A DNA stretch of 32,000 bases from Methanocaldococcus jannaschii DSM 2661 (GTDB lineage Archaea > AGJL01 > Methanococci > Methanococcales > Methanocaldococcaceae): contig NC_000909.1 in the NCBI RefSeq assembly GCF_000091665.1, forward strand, positions 964,603 through 996,602, written 5' to 3'. Positions 1 through 10,003 of this stretch are shown here, piece by piece. Below the pieces are notes generated by a model. It saw only the letters and a program-made list of their open reading frames with translations. It did not search any database and was not told where the DNA came from. Made by a program: the position numbers and the translations under genes. The first letter of the stretch is position 1. Every line of letters begins with the position of its first letter.

Positions 1-5
1 TATTA

Positions 6-482
6 ATGGAGAAAATTAAAAAGAAAGAAGAGTTTGATGTAGGGAGGGTTTTTCCTATCTCTGCATCTATATCTATATTTATTTTAATTATTGGACTAAT
101 ATACTCATTAAGTTCTATTAATAAAACTTCATCAACACTTACAGAATTTATAGGAGAATTTTTATTGCACTTTGTGGATTCTTTAACACTTTCATTGTTG
201 ATTTTAATGGTTGGGAAATTTGTAGATACCATTATCAACTCAGAAAAAGACCTTTTAGAAATACTTAAAAAGTATTTTTTCTGTTTGATATGTATATTCA
301 TATCGAGAGAACTGATTATTTCTGGTGGGGAATACCTACTAAAAAAGATAAGCTTTATAATGTTTGTTATGTGTGTTATAATTTACATATCTATTGTTAT
401 TATTCTTTCAGTTATCCTATTTACAAAAAGTTCAAAAGAAGATAAATTCAAAAAATTAAAAAATAGCATCACAAAGGGCTAA
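6..482 (+). CDS. hypothetical multi-pass membrane protein
   Basis: 158-aa ORF with several long hydrophobic I/L/V/F-rich stretches. Its stop (480-482) lies 1 nt before the corA ATG, which suggests co-transcription. I recognise no family. Confidence 0.5.
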   Translation: MEKIKKKEEFDVGRVFPISASISIFILIIGLIYSLSSINKTSSTLTEFIGEFLLHFVDSLTLSLLILMVGKFVDTIINSEKDLLEILKKYFFCLICIFISRELIISGGEYLLKKISFIMFVMCVIIYISIVIILSVILFTKSSKEDKFKKLKNSITKG

Positions 483-483
483 T

Positions 484-1437
484 ATGATTACGGTAATTGC
501 TATAGCTAAAGATGGCAGTATTGTCGAGCCAAAACTTGATGAAATTAGCTTTGAAGATTATAGACTTATTTGGATTGATTGTTATGACCCAAAAGATGAA
601 GAGCTATATAAACTCTCTAAAAAAATTGGTATTTCTGTCTCTGATTTACAAATTGGTTTAGATGAGCAGGAAATTCCAAGGGTAGAGGAAGATGAGGACT
701 TTTACTTAATTATTTACAAAGCTCCATTATTTGAAGAGGATATTACAACAACATCCTTAGGTATCTATATTAAGAATAACCTCCTACTAACAATCCACTC
801 GGATAAAATAAAGGCTATTGGAAGATTGCATAAATTAATATCAACAAAAAAACCAAGAATTGTATTTGAAAGAGGAATTGGCTTTTTATTATACCATATA
901 TTAAATGAGATTACAAGGAGTTATTCAAGAATTTTAATGAATTTAGAAGATGAGTTGGAGGAGTTGGAGGATAAATTATTAGCTGGCTATGACAGAGAGG
1001 TTATGGAAAAAATTTTAGGATTAAGAAAAACTTTGGTTTATTTTCATAAATCTTTAATAGCTAATAGGGATGTCTTAGTTTTATTAAAGAGAAAGTATCT
1101 TCCAATAACCACAAAAGAAGACAGAGAGAACTTTGAAGACCTTTACTACGACACTTTACAGTTAATTGATATGTCAGCAACCTATAGAGAGGTTTTAACC
1201 TCAATGATGGATATAACCCTCTCATTAGAAAATATAAAGATGAACCAAATTATGAAAATCCTAACTATGGTTACGACAATTTTCGCTGTTCCCATGTGGA
1301 TTACTGGAATATACGGGATGAACTTCTCTTATTTACCTTTAGCAAACAACCCTCAAGGTTTTTGGCTTGTAATGGCTTTGATGGTTGTAATAATTATGAT
1401 ATTTGTCTATATATTTAGAAGGTCAGGATGGATTTAG
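484..1437 (+). CDS. corA: CorA-type Mg2+/Co2+ transporter
   Basis: 317 aa. The C-terminus has two TM helices separated by the signature YGMNF (GMN motif), preceded by a large soluble N-terminal domain, as is typical of CorA. Confidence 0.9.
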   Translation: MITVIAIAKDGSIVEPKLDEISFEDYRLIWIDCYDPKDEELYKLSKKIGISVSDLQIGLDEQEIPRVEEDEDFYLIIYKAPLFEEDITTTSLGIYIKNNLLLTIHSDKIKAIGRLHKLISTKKPRIVFERGIGFLLYHILNEITRSYSRILMNLEDELEELEDKLLAGYDREVMEKILGLRKTLVYFHKSLIANRDVLVLLKRKYLPITTKEDRENFEDLYYDTLQLIDMSATYREVLTSMMDITLSLENIKMNQIMKILTMVTTIFAVPMWITGIYGMNFSYLPLANNPQGFWLVMALMVVIIMIFVYIFRRSGWI

Positions 1438-1446
1438 AGGGAGAAA

Positions 1447-1710
1447 ATGATTATATGGCCATCTTATATAGATAAAAAGAAAAGTAGGAGAGAAGGAAGA
1501 AAAGTTCCAGAAGAGTTAGCTATAGAAAAGCCATCTTTAAAGGATATTGAAAAGGCATTAAAAAAACTTGGCTTAGAACCAAAGATTTATAGGGATAAAA
1601 GATACCCAAGACAACATTGGGAGATATGTGGATGTGTAGAGGTTGATTATAAAGGAAATAAACTGCAGTTACTAAAAGAGATTTGCAAAATAATAAAAGG
1701 AAAAAATTAA
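1447..1710 (+). CDS. srp19: signal recognition particle 19 kDa protein (SRP19)
   Basis: 87 aa starting MIIWPSYIDKKKSRREGRKVP, the conserved SRP19 N-terminal motif. A GGAGGGAG-like RBS sits just upstream. Confidence 0.9.
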   Translation: MIIWPSYIDKKKSRREGRKVPEELAIEKPSLKDIEKALKKLGLEPKIYRDKRYPRQHWEICGCVEVDYKGNKLQLLKEICKIIKGKN

Positions 1711-1732
1711 AATAGAATTAAAAAGGATTAAT

Positions 1733-2566
1733 TTATTCTGGTTTCTCCATTAATGCTTTTTTGCTCAATCTCTTTCCTTCTGGGTGATGTGGTTTTCTAC
1801 TAACAGCATCCATTGCTTTTTCTAACTCTCTTGCTTCATCTACCAACTTAGCGGCATATCTAATCATTTCATGAGCAGAGGCAACGATTGGGATATATTT
1901 CTCTGCCTCTTTTGTCATGAAACAACCTTTAACATCAACATCTCCAACCTTCTCAGCAATTGTAAATGCAGCCATGGCCTTTGCCTTTGCGTAAGGGTTT
2001 GTGAATTCCATAGCTTCAACTGCCTTCTGTTCTGTAATAACAATCTTTGGTAATTCTATTTCTTTGCCCTCTTTAACTGCGTCAATCATCTTATCAATTG
2101 CCTCTTGAACGATTCTTAAAGCTCCAGTTCCAGCTAAAACCCTTATAACATCTGCATTGAATAATGCCATTTCAACAGGGTCTAAAAACTCCCTTCTTGC
2201 ACCAATCATTGGGTCACATTTTATAATTATGTATCCTAAACCTTGCTGTTCCATCTCATCCTTAACTCTTAATCCTGGAGCGTCTCCAATAATCACTGCA
2301 GGAATTCCACTTTGACTTAAAATTTCTCTTGCCTTCTTAGGCCCTGGAGCGGCTGGATTTGGACCTATGTAGATGATGAAGTCTGGCTTAACTTCCTCAA
2401 CCATCTTCTTTGTTACCTCTTCAACTGATTCTGGGTCCATCTTTGCCCCACTACCTAAGACTCTAACTGCTATATCCTTTCTATCTGCTCTCTCATCTAA
2501 TGCTAAATCAACAACTGGGGACATTCCTATGTTACCACACTTTATTATTCCTATTTTTACGACCAA
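1733..2566 (-). CDS. mtd: F420-dependent methylenetetrahydromethanopterin dehydrogenase (Mtd)
   Basis: 277 aa starting MVVKIGIIKCGNIGMSP..., recognisable as methanogen Mtd. TTG start at 2566-2564 with AGGTGA 4 nt upstream on the minus strand. Confidence 0.9.
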   Translation of the reverse strand: MVVKIGIIKCGNIGMSPVVDLALDERADRKDIAVRVLGSGAKMDPESVEEVTKKMVEEVKPDFIIYIGPNPAAPGPKKAREILSQSGIPAVIIGDAPGLRVKDEMEQQGLGYIIIKCDPMIGARREFLDPVEMALFNADVIRVLAGTGALRIVQEAIDKMIDAVKEGKEIELPKIVITEQKAVEAMEFTNPYAKAKAMAAFTIAEKVGDVDVKGCFMTKEAEKYIPIVASAHEMIRYAAKLVDEARELEKAMDAVSRKPHHPEGKRLSKKALMEKPE

Positions 2567-2983
2567 GTTATCACCTTTTTTATTACTTAATAGGGATATT
2601 AGTATTATCCAAGCTTATCCAATAAATATCTTACTACTTATTTGGAATATTCACCTGATATATAATATCTTTAGATTTTGTTATTAAAAAATAATAACTA
2701 TTATTTTTATTTAAGTTATATATTAGAAAATCTAATAACTATAAATGACTATAAATATGAGAATAGTCAGAAATTAACATTAATAACCAAAGTTTTAGCT
2801 TTTGTATAATTGCTTCATGGGCATAAATGAGTTAGGGCTATATTCTACAAATATTAATTAATTATACAATTTGAATTTTTAAATTAACAAAAATAAAATA
2901 ATGTGAATGATATTAACGTTTAAATCCGGTTTTTGTTGGAATATTATTAATATAAGATAAAATATAAAATTTAGGTGTCAAAC

Positions 2984-3676
2984 ATGGTTGAGGTTCCAAT
3001 ATTTATTGCAATTCTAAGCTTTATTGTCATGTGTATTGGCGAGCTTTTAGCTTACTACTCAGTATCTTTAAAATATAAATATGAATTTGAGGCAATTTCC
3101 TTTGGATTTATATTTGGAGTGGCAACTCTAATATTAATTCCAAAATCATACTCCAACATGTTTGTGTTATATGTAATTTTGGGGATGATTACAGTCTATC
3201 TTATTGAAAAATATTTAGCATACTGCCCATTATCAAAAAAATATTGTGTAGAGTGTGACAACTTAGAAGAAAATAGGATTAAGTTTATTTATCCAATATC
3301 CTTCTTTATCCACACATTTATAGATGGGTTGATAATTGCTGTATCATATATAAGTGAGATAGGGCTTCCTTTGTATCTTGCTATATTGATGCATAAACTC
3401 CCAGCTGGATTTGTTTTGATATCTCCACTAAAAGGTGTCTATAAGAATCCTCTCTATCCAGGGGTTTTTGTGTCATTTGGAACAGTCCTTGGCACTATAG
3501 TTGGATTGGTGACTTTAAAGGATGTATCTACAAAGATACTGTTGGCATTCTCTGGAGGGGTGTTTTTAGGAGCGTTTCTTATGCTTGCTCCTCATATCTA
3601 TGAGCATAAAGAGGAAAAAACGTTCTTATATATTCTATTGGGCTATATATTGGTTGGAATCATTGCATTGCATTAA
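2984..3676 (+). CDS. ZIP/ZupT-like metal permease (tentative); polytopic membrane protein
   Basis: The ORF is open from GTG 2975, but AGGTG at 2973-2977 followed by ATG 2984 is the better start. There are about 7 hydrophobic helices. Motifs HTFIDGLIIAVS and HKLPAGF resemble the ZIP-family HxxxDG / HxxPEG metal-binding helices. Confidence 0.45.
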   Translation: MVEVPIFIAILSFIVMCIGELLAYYSVSLKYKYEFEAISFGFIFGVATLILIPKSYSNMFVLYVILGMITVYLIEKYLAYCPLSKKYCVECDNLEENRIKFIYPISFFIHTFIDGLIIAVSYISEIGLPLYLAILMHKLPAGFVLISPLKGVYKNPLYPGVFVSFGTVLGTIVGLVTLKDVSTKILLAFSGGVFLGAFLMLAPHIYEHKEEKTFLYILLGYILVGIIALH

Positions 3677-3738
3677 GTTCAAAACGTATAAGTATTACTA
3701 CCAAATACTATTTCAGAAGCTAAAATTATCTTTTTGGG

Positions 3739-4953
3739 GTGTCCATCTTGAAGAAATACAAAGACATGTATCCAGATGAAAATGGAAAGTTTGGCATTTA
3801 CGGAGGTAAATTTGTTCCAGAAACATTGATGCCAGCCATAGCTGAATTGGAAGAAGCATTTAAGAGATTTTGGATAAACAATGAAGGAAACTTTAGAGAA
3901 GAGTTCTATGCTTTATTGAGGGATTACGTTGGAAGACCAACACCATTATATTATGCTGAGAGATTGAGTGAAGAACTTGGTTGTAAAGTTTATTTAAAGA
4001 GAGAAGATTTAGCACACTTAGGAGCTCATAAAATAAACAACGCCTTAGGACAAGCTTTGTTAGCTAAAAAGATGGGTAAAAAGAGAGTTATAGCTGAAAC
4101 TGGAGCTGGACAGCATGGAGTTGCTACTGCAGCAGCATGTGCAAAGCTTGGATTAGAATGCATAATATACATGGGAGCTAAAGACGTTGAAAGGCAAAAA
4201 TTAAATGTTTTTAGGATGGAGTTGATGGGAGCTAAGGTTATTCCAGTATTTGGAGGCTCACAGACATTAAAAGATGCTGTAAATGAAGCTTTGAGAGATT
4301 GGACAACCAACGTTAGAACTACCTACTATTTGCTTGGTTCTGCCTTAGGACCTCATCCATACCCAATGATGGTTAGAGAATTCCAAAGAGTTATTGGTAA
4401 AGAACTTAAAGAGCAGATATTAGAAAAAGAGGGAAGATTGCCAGATGTTATCGTTGCATGTGTTGGAGGAGGAAGTAATGCAATAGGGGCATTTTATGAG
4501 TTTTTGGATGATGACGTAGAGCTTTACGCTGTTGAGGCTGGAGGTAAAGGGATAGAAACTGGAATGCATGGAGCTTCATTATGTGCTGGAGAGGTTGGAG
4601 TTTTGCATGGAGCTAAGATTTATGTTAAAGAGGATGAGTTTGGGCAGATAGAAGAAAGTTACAGTATTTCAGCAGGTTTAGATTATCCTGGAGTAGGACC
4701 TGAGCTTTCATTTTTAAAGGATGAGGGAAGGATTAAAGCAGTTTGTGTAACTGATGACGAAGCTTTAGAGGCATTTCAATTGCTATGTAGGTTAGAAGGT
4801 ATTTTACCAGCATTGGAAAGTTCTCATGCCTTAGCTTATGCTGTTAAATTGGCTGATAAATTAGATAAAGATGATATAATGGTTATTAATTTGTCTGGAA
4901 GAGGGGATAAGGACGTTCAGACTGTTGCTAAGGCATTGGGAAGGGAGATTTAA
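3739..4953 (+). CDS. trpB: tryptophan synthase beta chain
   Basis: 404 aa with the PLP lysine context HLGAHKINN and [11 protein letters not shown] start at 3739; in-frame alternatives are TTG 3748 and ATG 3766. Confidence 0.95.
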   Translation: MSILKKYKDMYPDENGKFGIYGGKFVPETLMPAIAELEEAFKRFWINNEGNFREEFYALLRDYVGRPTPLYYAERLSEELGCKVYLKREDLAHLGAHKINNALGQALLAKKMGKKRVIAETGAGQHGVATAAACAKLGLECIIYMGAKDVERQKLNVFRMELMGAKVIPVFGGSQTLKDAVNEALRDWTTNVRTTYYLLGSALGPHPYPMMVREFQRVIGKELKEQILEKEGRLPDVIVACVGGGSNAIGAFYEFLDDDVELYAVEAGGKGIETGMHGASLCAGEVGVLHGAKIYVKEDEFGQIEESYSISAGLDYPGVGPELSFLKDEGRIKAVCVTDDEALEAFQLLCRLEGILPALESSHALAYAVKLADKLDKDDIMVINLSGRGDKDVQTVAKALGREI

Positions 4954-4987
4954 AGACATATTCGATTACTTGAGACAATCTTAAGAG

Positions 4988-5106
4988 ACATTAAAGGGAC
5001 TAAAAGCCCTTTAATGTATCCGTTCTGGTCAAGACACCATAGGACTTCGCCCTATTGGGATACCCATTTAAATTAAGATTTTGATCAACCTTTTCTAAAA
5101 AGGTTG
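4988..5106 (+). promoter_or_regulatory. cluster of three stem-loops in the trpB-trpA spacer (possible leader, processing site or small RNA)
   Basis: H1: 4988-4998 acattaaaggg pairs with 5007-5017 ccctttaatgt (11 bp, 8-nt loop). H2: 5016-5021 gtatcc pairs with 5058-5063 ggatac and encloses a locally GC-rich 36 nt. H3: 5086-5094 caacctttt pairs with 5098-5106 aaaaggttg (9 bp). Confidence 0.35.
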
Positions 5107-5144
5107 TTCGGGCAGCTTTTACTAAAAAGTTGGAGTGGATGATT

Positions 5145-5984
5145 ATGAAATTAGCAGAAAAATTTGAAGAGTTAAAAAACAAAGGAGAAAAGGCATTTGT
5201 TGCATTTTATGTGGGAGGAGACCCAAACTTGGAAATTTCAGAAAAGGCATTAGAAGTTATTTGTAAGCATGCTGATATTGTTGAGATAGGTATTCCATTT
5301 TCTGACCCTGTTGCAGATGGAATTACAATACAAAAAGCAGATGTTAGAGCTTTAAACAGTGGCATGAATCCATTGAAGGCATTTGAGTTGGCTAAAAAAT
5401 TGAATGAAAAAGCTCCAAATGTTCCAAAGGTGTTCTTAACCTACTATAACATAATATTTAAGATGGGAGAGGAGGAGTTCGTTAAAAAATGTAAAGAGGC
5501 TGGAGTTTCTGGGATTATAGTTCCAGATTTGCCAATTGAAGAGGCTGATAGCTTATACAATTACTGTAAAAAGTATGGAGTTGATTTAATATTTTTAGTT
5601 GCCCCAACAACACCTGATGAAAGGTTAAAGAAAATTTTAGAAAAGTGTAGTGGGTTTGTTTATGTTGTTTCTGTAACTGGGATTACTGGAGCGAGAGAGA
5701 AAGTAGCTGAAGAGACGAAAGAGTTAATTAAGAGAGTTAAAAAGTTTTCAAAAATCCCTGCCTGTGTAGGGTTTGGAATCTCAAAGAGGGAGCATGTTGA
5801 GGAAATAACTGAAATAGCTGATGGAGCTATTGTAGGAAGTGCGATTGTTAAGATTGTTGAAAAACATTTAGATGAGAATGGACAAATAAAGGATGAGGAA
5901 AAATTCCTAAAGGAGTTGGAGGAGTTTGTTAAAAATCTAAAGGAAGGGACTAAAAAGAAGGCTAAAGTAGCTATAAAAAATTAA
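5145..5984 (+). CDS. trpA: tryptophan synthase alpha chain
   Basis: TIM-barrel TrpA sequence (EIGIPFSDPVADG, GFGIS). The ORF is open from TTG 5130. GGAG at 5132-5135 favours ATG 5145, with ATG 5139 as the alternative. Confidence 0.9.
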   Translation: MKLAEKFEELKNKGEKAFVAFYVGGDPNLEISEKALEVICKHADIVEIGIPFSDPVADGITIQKADVRALNSGMNPLKAFELAKKLNEKAPNVPKVFLTYYNIIFKMGEEEFVKKCKEAGVSGIIVPDLPIEEADSLYNYCKKYGVDLIFLVAPTTPDERLKKILEKCSGFVYVVSVTGITGAREKVAEETKELIKRVKKFSKIPACVGFGISKREHVEEITEIADGAIVGSAIVKIVEKHLDENGQIKDEEKFLKELEEFVKNLKEGTKKKAKVAIKN

Positions 5985-6158
5985 CAGAATATTCAAATAA
6001 AGAAATATTTTTATAGGACAATAAAAGTAAAAAATAAATATGAGAAAAAAATATTTGTAAGGATGCATCACATTTATTACATCATTACCTTGAGTCTCTC
6101 TTTTAACCTAATTTTTGTCATTAATTATATTTAAACAAAATGGTAGGGAGGAGTAACC

Positions 6159-6395
6159 TTGAAGGTCACAGACCACATACTGGTTCCAAAGCATGAAATA
6201 GTTCCAAAAGAAGAAGTTGAGGAGATTTTGAAGAGATACAATATAAAGATTCAGCAACTACCAAAAATTTATGAAGACGACCCTGTTATTCAGGAAATTG
6301 GAGCTAAAGAAGGAGATGTTGTTAGAGTAATTAGAAAAAGTCCAACGGCTGGAGTTAGTATAGCTTATAGATTAGTTATTAAAAGGATTATTTAA
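6159..6395 (+). CDS. rpoH: DNA-directed RNA polymerase subunit H (Rpo5)
   Basis: 78 aa, HILVPKHEIV...RKSPTAG...YRLV, the conserved RpoH/Rpb5 C-terminal domain. TTG start with GGGAGGAG about 7 nt upstream. Confidence 0.9.
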   Translation: MKVTDHILVPKHEIVPKEEVEEILKRYNIKIQQLPKIYEDDPVIQEIGAKEGDVVRVIRKSPTAGVSIAYRLVIKRII

Positions 6396-6411
6396 AAAAT
6401 AGGTGGCAATT

Positions 6412-7899
6412 ATGAGAGAATTAGTAGATGCTTATTTTAAAGAACATGGTTTAATAGACCACCAGATAGAGTCATACAACGATTTTGTAGAAAATAGATT
6501 ACAAAAAATTATTGATGAAGTTGGATATATTGAAACAGAGATTACTGGAGGGTATAAAGTTAAATTAGGGAAAATTAAAGTAGGAAAACCAGTTATTAAA
6601 GAAGCTGATGGTTCAATAAGACCAATAACTCCAATGGAAGCAAGAATCAGAGATTTAACATATTCAGTTCCATTATATTTAGAAATGACCCCTATTATTG
6701 GTGAAGGAGAAGATGCAAGGGAAGGGGAAACTGTTGAAGTTTATATCGGAGAACTTCCAGTAATGCTTGGTTCAAAAATCTGCCACTTGTATGGAAAATC
6801 AAGAGAAGAGCTTATAGACCTGGGAGAAGACCCTGAAGACCCATTTGGCTATTTTATAATTAATGGAACTGAAAAAGTATTAATTACTCAGGAAGATTTA
6901 ATTCCAAATAGAATTTTATGTGAGAAGGCAGAGAGAAGTGGAAAGATAGTAGATGTTGCAAAAGTGTTTTCAACAAGACACGGATTTAGGGCTTTATGTA
7001 CTGTTGAAAGACATCCAGATGGTTTGTTGTATGCTACATTCCCTGGAATGCCTGGGCAGATACCATTGGTTATATTAATGAAAGCACTTGGGGCTGAGAC
7101 AGATAAAGATATCATTGAGTCAATTGATGATGAAAGATTCTTTATGGAGATTGTTTTAAACATTCAAGAGATTAGGGAAGAGCATAACATAAACTCCCCT
7201 GAAGATGCTTTGGAGTTTATTGGAAAGAGAGTAGCTCCAGGGCAGGCAAAGGATTATAGATTAAAGAGAGCAGAAACAGTTTTATGTAACTATTTACTGC
7301 CCCATTTAGGAGTTACAAAAGAAGATTTCCCAAAGAAAATTAGGTTCTTAGGAATAATGGCAAGAAACGCTTTAGAACTTTACTTTGGATATAGAGGAGA
7401 AGATGATAAAGACCACTACGCATATAAAAGAGCTAAATTAGCTGGGGACTTAATGGAAGATTTGTTTAGATATGCGTTTAGCCAACTTGTTAAGGATATA
7501 AAATATCAATTAGAGAGACAAACATTAAGGAACAAAACTCCTTCAATTCAAGCTGCTGTAAGGAGCGATATATTAACCGAGAGAATTAAACACGCTATGG
7601 CAACAGGAACATGGGTTGGAGGAAAAACTGGGGTTAGCCAGCTCTTAGATAGAACAAGTTACTTAGCAACAAACTCTCAATTGAGGAGAATAGTTTCACC
7701 ATTATCAAGGTCACAGCCACACTTTGAAGCGAGAGAACTGCATGGAACTCATTGGGGTAAAATCTGCCCTTCAGAAACTCCAGAAGGTCCAAACTGTGGT
7801 CTTGTTAAAAACTTTGCTATAATGTGTAAAGTTACAAGAGAAGAAGATGATAGCAAAGTTATTGAGCTATTAAAATCCTTTGGAATAAATGTTTCTTAA
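6412..7899 (+). CDS. rpoB2: DNA-directed RNA polymerase subunit B'' (Rpo2N, N-terminal half of the split B subunit)
   Basis: Strong Rpb2 N-terminal similarity (IDHQIESYNDF, SQLLDRTSY, PSETPEGPNCGLVKN). The ORF is open from GTG 6403. AGGTGG followed 5 nt later by ATG 6412 is the likelier start. Confidence 0.95.
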   Translation: MRELVDAYFKEHGLIDHQIESYNDFVENRLQKIIDEVGYIETEITGGYKVKLGKIKVGKPVIKEADGSIRPITPMEARIRDLTYSVPLYLEMTPIIGEGEDAREGETVEVYIGELPVMLGSKICHLYGKSREELIDLGEDPEDPFGYFIINGTEKVLITQEDLIPNRILCEKAERSGKIVDVAKVFSTRHGFRALCTVERHPDGLLYATFPGMPGQIPLVILMKALGAETDKDIIESIDDERFFMEIVLNIQEIREEHNINSPEDALEFIGKRVAPGQAKDYRLKRAETVLCNYLLPHLGVTKEDFPKKIRFLGIMARNALELYFGYRGEDDKDHYAYKRAKLAGDLMEDLFRYAFSQLVKDIKYQLERQTLRNKTPSIQAAVRSDILTERIKHAMATGTWVGGKTGVSQLLDRTSYLATNSQLRRIVSPLSRSQPHFEARELHGTHWGKICPSETPEGPNCGLVKNFAIMCKVTREEDDSKVIELLKSFGINVS

Positions 7900-7984
7900 A
7901 AGAAACTTTATTTATTATGTTTTTTCTGAGTTTTTGTTGATGTTTAATTTTAATCTTTTCAAAATCAATAAAAATCTCTCTTAG

Positions 7985-9895
7985 GTGAAAAACTTGGCAT
8001 CAAGGGAAGTAAATATTTATGTTAATGGAAAGTTAGTTGGAACTACAGACAAACCAGAAGAACTTGTTAATTTTATTAGGGAAAAAAGAAGAAAAGGAGA
8101 GCTCCCTCAATATACAACAGTTGCTTACAATGAAGAAAGTAATGACATTCATATAAACACGGATGCTGGAAGGATTGTTAGACCTTTAATAGTTGTAGAA
8201 AATGGAAAACCAAAACTAACTAAAGAACATATTGAAAAATTAAAGAAAGGAGAAATTACATTCTCAGATTTAGTTAAAGAAGGAGTTATTGAATATTTAG
8301 ACGCTGAAGAGGAAGAAAATGCCTATATTGCTCTATCTGAAGAAGAATTGACTGAGAAACACACACACTTAGAGATAGACCCATTAACCATATTAGGTAT
8401 TGGGGCAGGGGTTGCTCCTTATCCAGAACACAACTCAGCACCAAGAATTACAATGGCTGCAGCAATGGGGAAGCAGTCATTAGGAATTCCAATGAGCAAT
8501 ATAAAATGGAGATTAGATACAAGAGGGCATTATCTCCACTATCCACAAGTTCCAATTGTTAGGACAAAACACCAAGAGATTTTAGGTTTCGATAAAAGAC
8601 CAGCAGGGCAGAACTTCGTTGTAGCTATTATGAGCTATGAAGGATACAACATGGAGGATGCTATAGTCTTTAACAAATCAGCAATTGATAGAGGTTTGGG
8701 AAGAAGCACCTTCTTCAGAACTTACGATGCGTGTGAGAGAAGATACCCAGGAGGACAGATGGATAGGTTTGAGATTCCTGATAAAGGAGTAAGGGGTTAT
8801 AGGTCAGAGGAGTGTTATAGATACTTAGAAGAGGATGGAATAGTTGCAGTTGAGTCCCATGTAAAAGGTGGAGATGTAATTGTTGGTAAAACCTCTCCAC
8901 CAAGATTCTTAGAGGAGCATGAGATAACAATTCAAGTTAAACCACAGAGAAGAGATTCATCAGTTGTTGTAAGACATGGGGAAGAAGGTTATATAGATAA
9001 AGTTATATTAACTGAAACAAAGGAAGGAAACAGGTTAGTTAAGGTTAAAGTTAGAGATTTGAGAATTCCAGAGCTTGGAGATAAATTTGCTTCAAGACAT
9101 GGACAGAAAGGAGTTATGGGACTTACAGTTCCACAGGAGGATTTACCTTTCACTGAGAGTGGAATAGTTCCTGATATCATAATCAACCCACACGCAATTC
9201 CATCAAGAATGACTGTTGGGCAGTTATTGGAGATGCTTGGGGGTAAAGTAGGAGCTTTAGAAGGAAGAAGAATAGACGGAACAATATTTAGCGGAGAAAA
9301 AGAATGGGATTTAAGAAAGGCTTTAGAGGCTTTAGGATTCAAGCATCACGGTAAAGAGGTCATGTATGATGGAAAAACTGGAAAGAAGTTTGAAGTAGAG
9401 ATTTACATTGGAATAGCATACTACCAGAAATTACACCACTTAGTAGCTGGAAAGATACATGCAAGAAGTAGAGGACCTGTCCAAGTGCTAACAAGACAGC
9501 CAACAGAAGGTAGGGCAAGAGAGGGAGGTCTAAGGTTTGGAGAGATGGAGAGGGATGTTTTAATTGGGCATGGTGCAGCTATGCTATTAAAAGAGAGGCT
9601 TATGGATGAATCAGACCCATATGATATCTGTATATGTTCAAAATGTGGAGACTTTGCCATATTAGACTACAAGAGAGGGCTAAAATACTGTCCAATTTGT
9701 GGAGAGATTGAAAACCTCTACAGCTCTAAGAAGATACCATTCGTTAGAATACCTTACGCATTCAAGCTTTTATTAGATGAGTTGAAGAGTATGTGTATCT
9801 TGCCAAGAATTAAGGTTAGAGATAAGGTTGAATTAGAGGATTTTGAGGAGTTTGTTGAAAAATTGGAGAAAGAAAAAGTTAAACAGAAACAATAA
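7985..9895 (+). CDS. rpoB1: DNA-directed RNA polymerase subunit B' (Rpo2C, C-terminal half of the split B subunit)
   Basis: Rpb2 C-terminal motifs ([27 protein letters not shown]) and a C-terminal Zn ribbon CxxC...CxxC. The start is uncertain: GTG 7985, or TTG 7994 downstream of AGGTGA. Confidence 0.93.
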   Translation: MKNLASREVNIYVNGKLVGTTDKPEELVNFIREKRRKGELPQYTTVAYNEESNDIHINTDAGRIVRPLIVVENGKPKLTKEHIEKLKKGEITFSDLVKEGVIEYLDAEEEENAYIALSEEELTEKHTHLEIDPLTILGIGAGVAPYPEHNSAPRITMAAAMGKQSLGIPMSNIKWRLDTRGHYLHYPQVPIVRTKHQEILGFDKRPAGQNFVVAIMSYEGYNMEDAIVFNKSAIDRGLGRSTFFRTYDACERRYPGGQMDRFEIPDKGVRGYRSEECYRYLEEDGIVAVESHVKGGDVIVGKTSPPRFLEEHEITIQVKPQRRDSSVVVRHGEEGYIDKVILTETKEGNRLVKVKVRDLRIPELGDKFASRHGQKGVMGLTVPQEDLPFTESGIVPDIIINPHAIPSRMTVGQLLEMLGGKVGALEGRRIDGTIFSGEKEWDLRKALEALGFKHHGKEVMYDGKTGKKFEVEIYIGIAYYQKLHHLVAGKIHARSRGPVQVLTRQPTEGRAREGGLRFGEMERDVLIGHGAAMLLKERLMDESDPYDICICSKCGDFAILDYKRGLKYCPICGEIENLYSSKKIPFVRIPYAFKLLLDELKSMCILPRIKVRDKVELEDFEEFVEKLEKEKVKQKQ

Positions 9896-10003
9896 AGAGA
9901 AACATTAAAAGACCTTGCTTAACCTTAATCTTGCCTTATTACAATATTTTTAGAAAAATAAAAAGTAAAAATAAAAGCAAATCCTTAATCTTTGGTGATA
10001 TTG

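Noticed and set aside
2690-2975. Repeated actataaat / TATA-like strings and AT-rich blocks in the mtd / ZIP-like divergent spacer as a structured repeat or sRNA.
   Set aside because: These are only short low-complexity AT repeats with no box motifs or stable helices, consistent with ordinary divergent promoter DNA.
3585-3779. 64-aa plus-strand ORF bridging the ZIP-like gene and trpB.
   Set aside because: It overlaps the ends of two better-supported genes in other frames and has no independent signal.
5016-5063. The trpB-trpA GC-rich hairpin as an H/ACA or C/D sRNA on either strand.
   Set aside because: It has no RUGAUGA/CUGA boxes. On the minus strand an ACA overlaps the stem end, but there is no K-turn or single continuous pocket-bearing hairpin, as the interior forms two small hairpins.
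5000-5182. 60-aa minus-strand ORF in the trpB-trpA spacer.
   Set aside because: It has no RBS, runs into the trpA start region, and has low-complexity N/F/S composition. The hairpins explain the region better.
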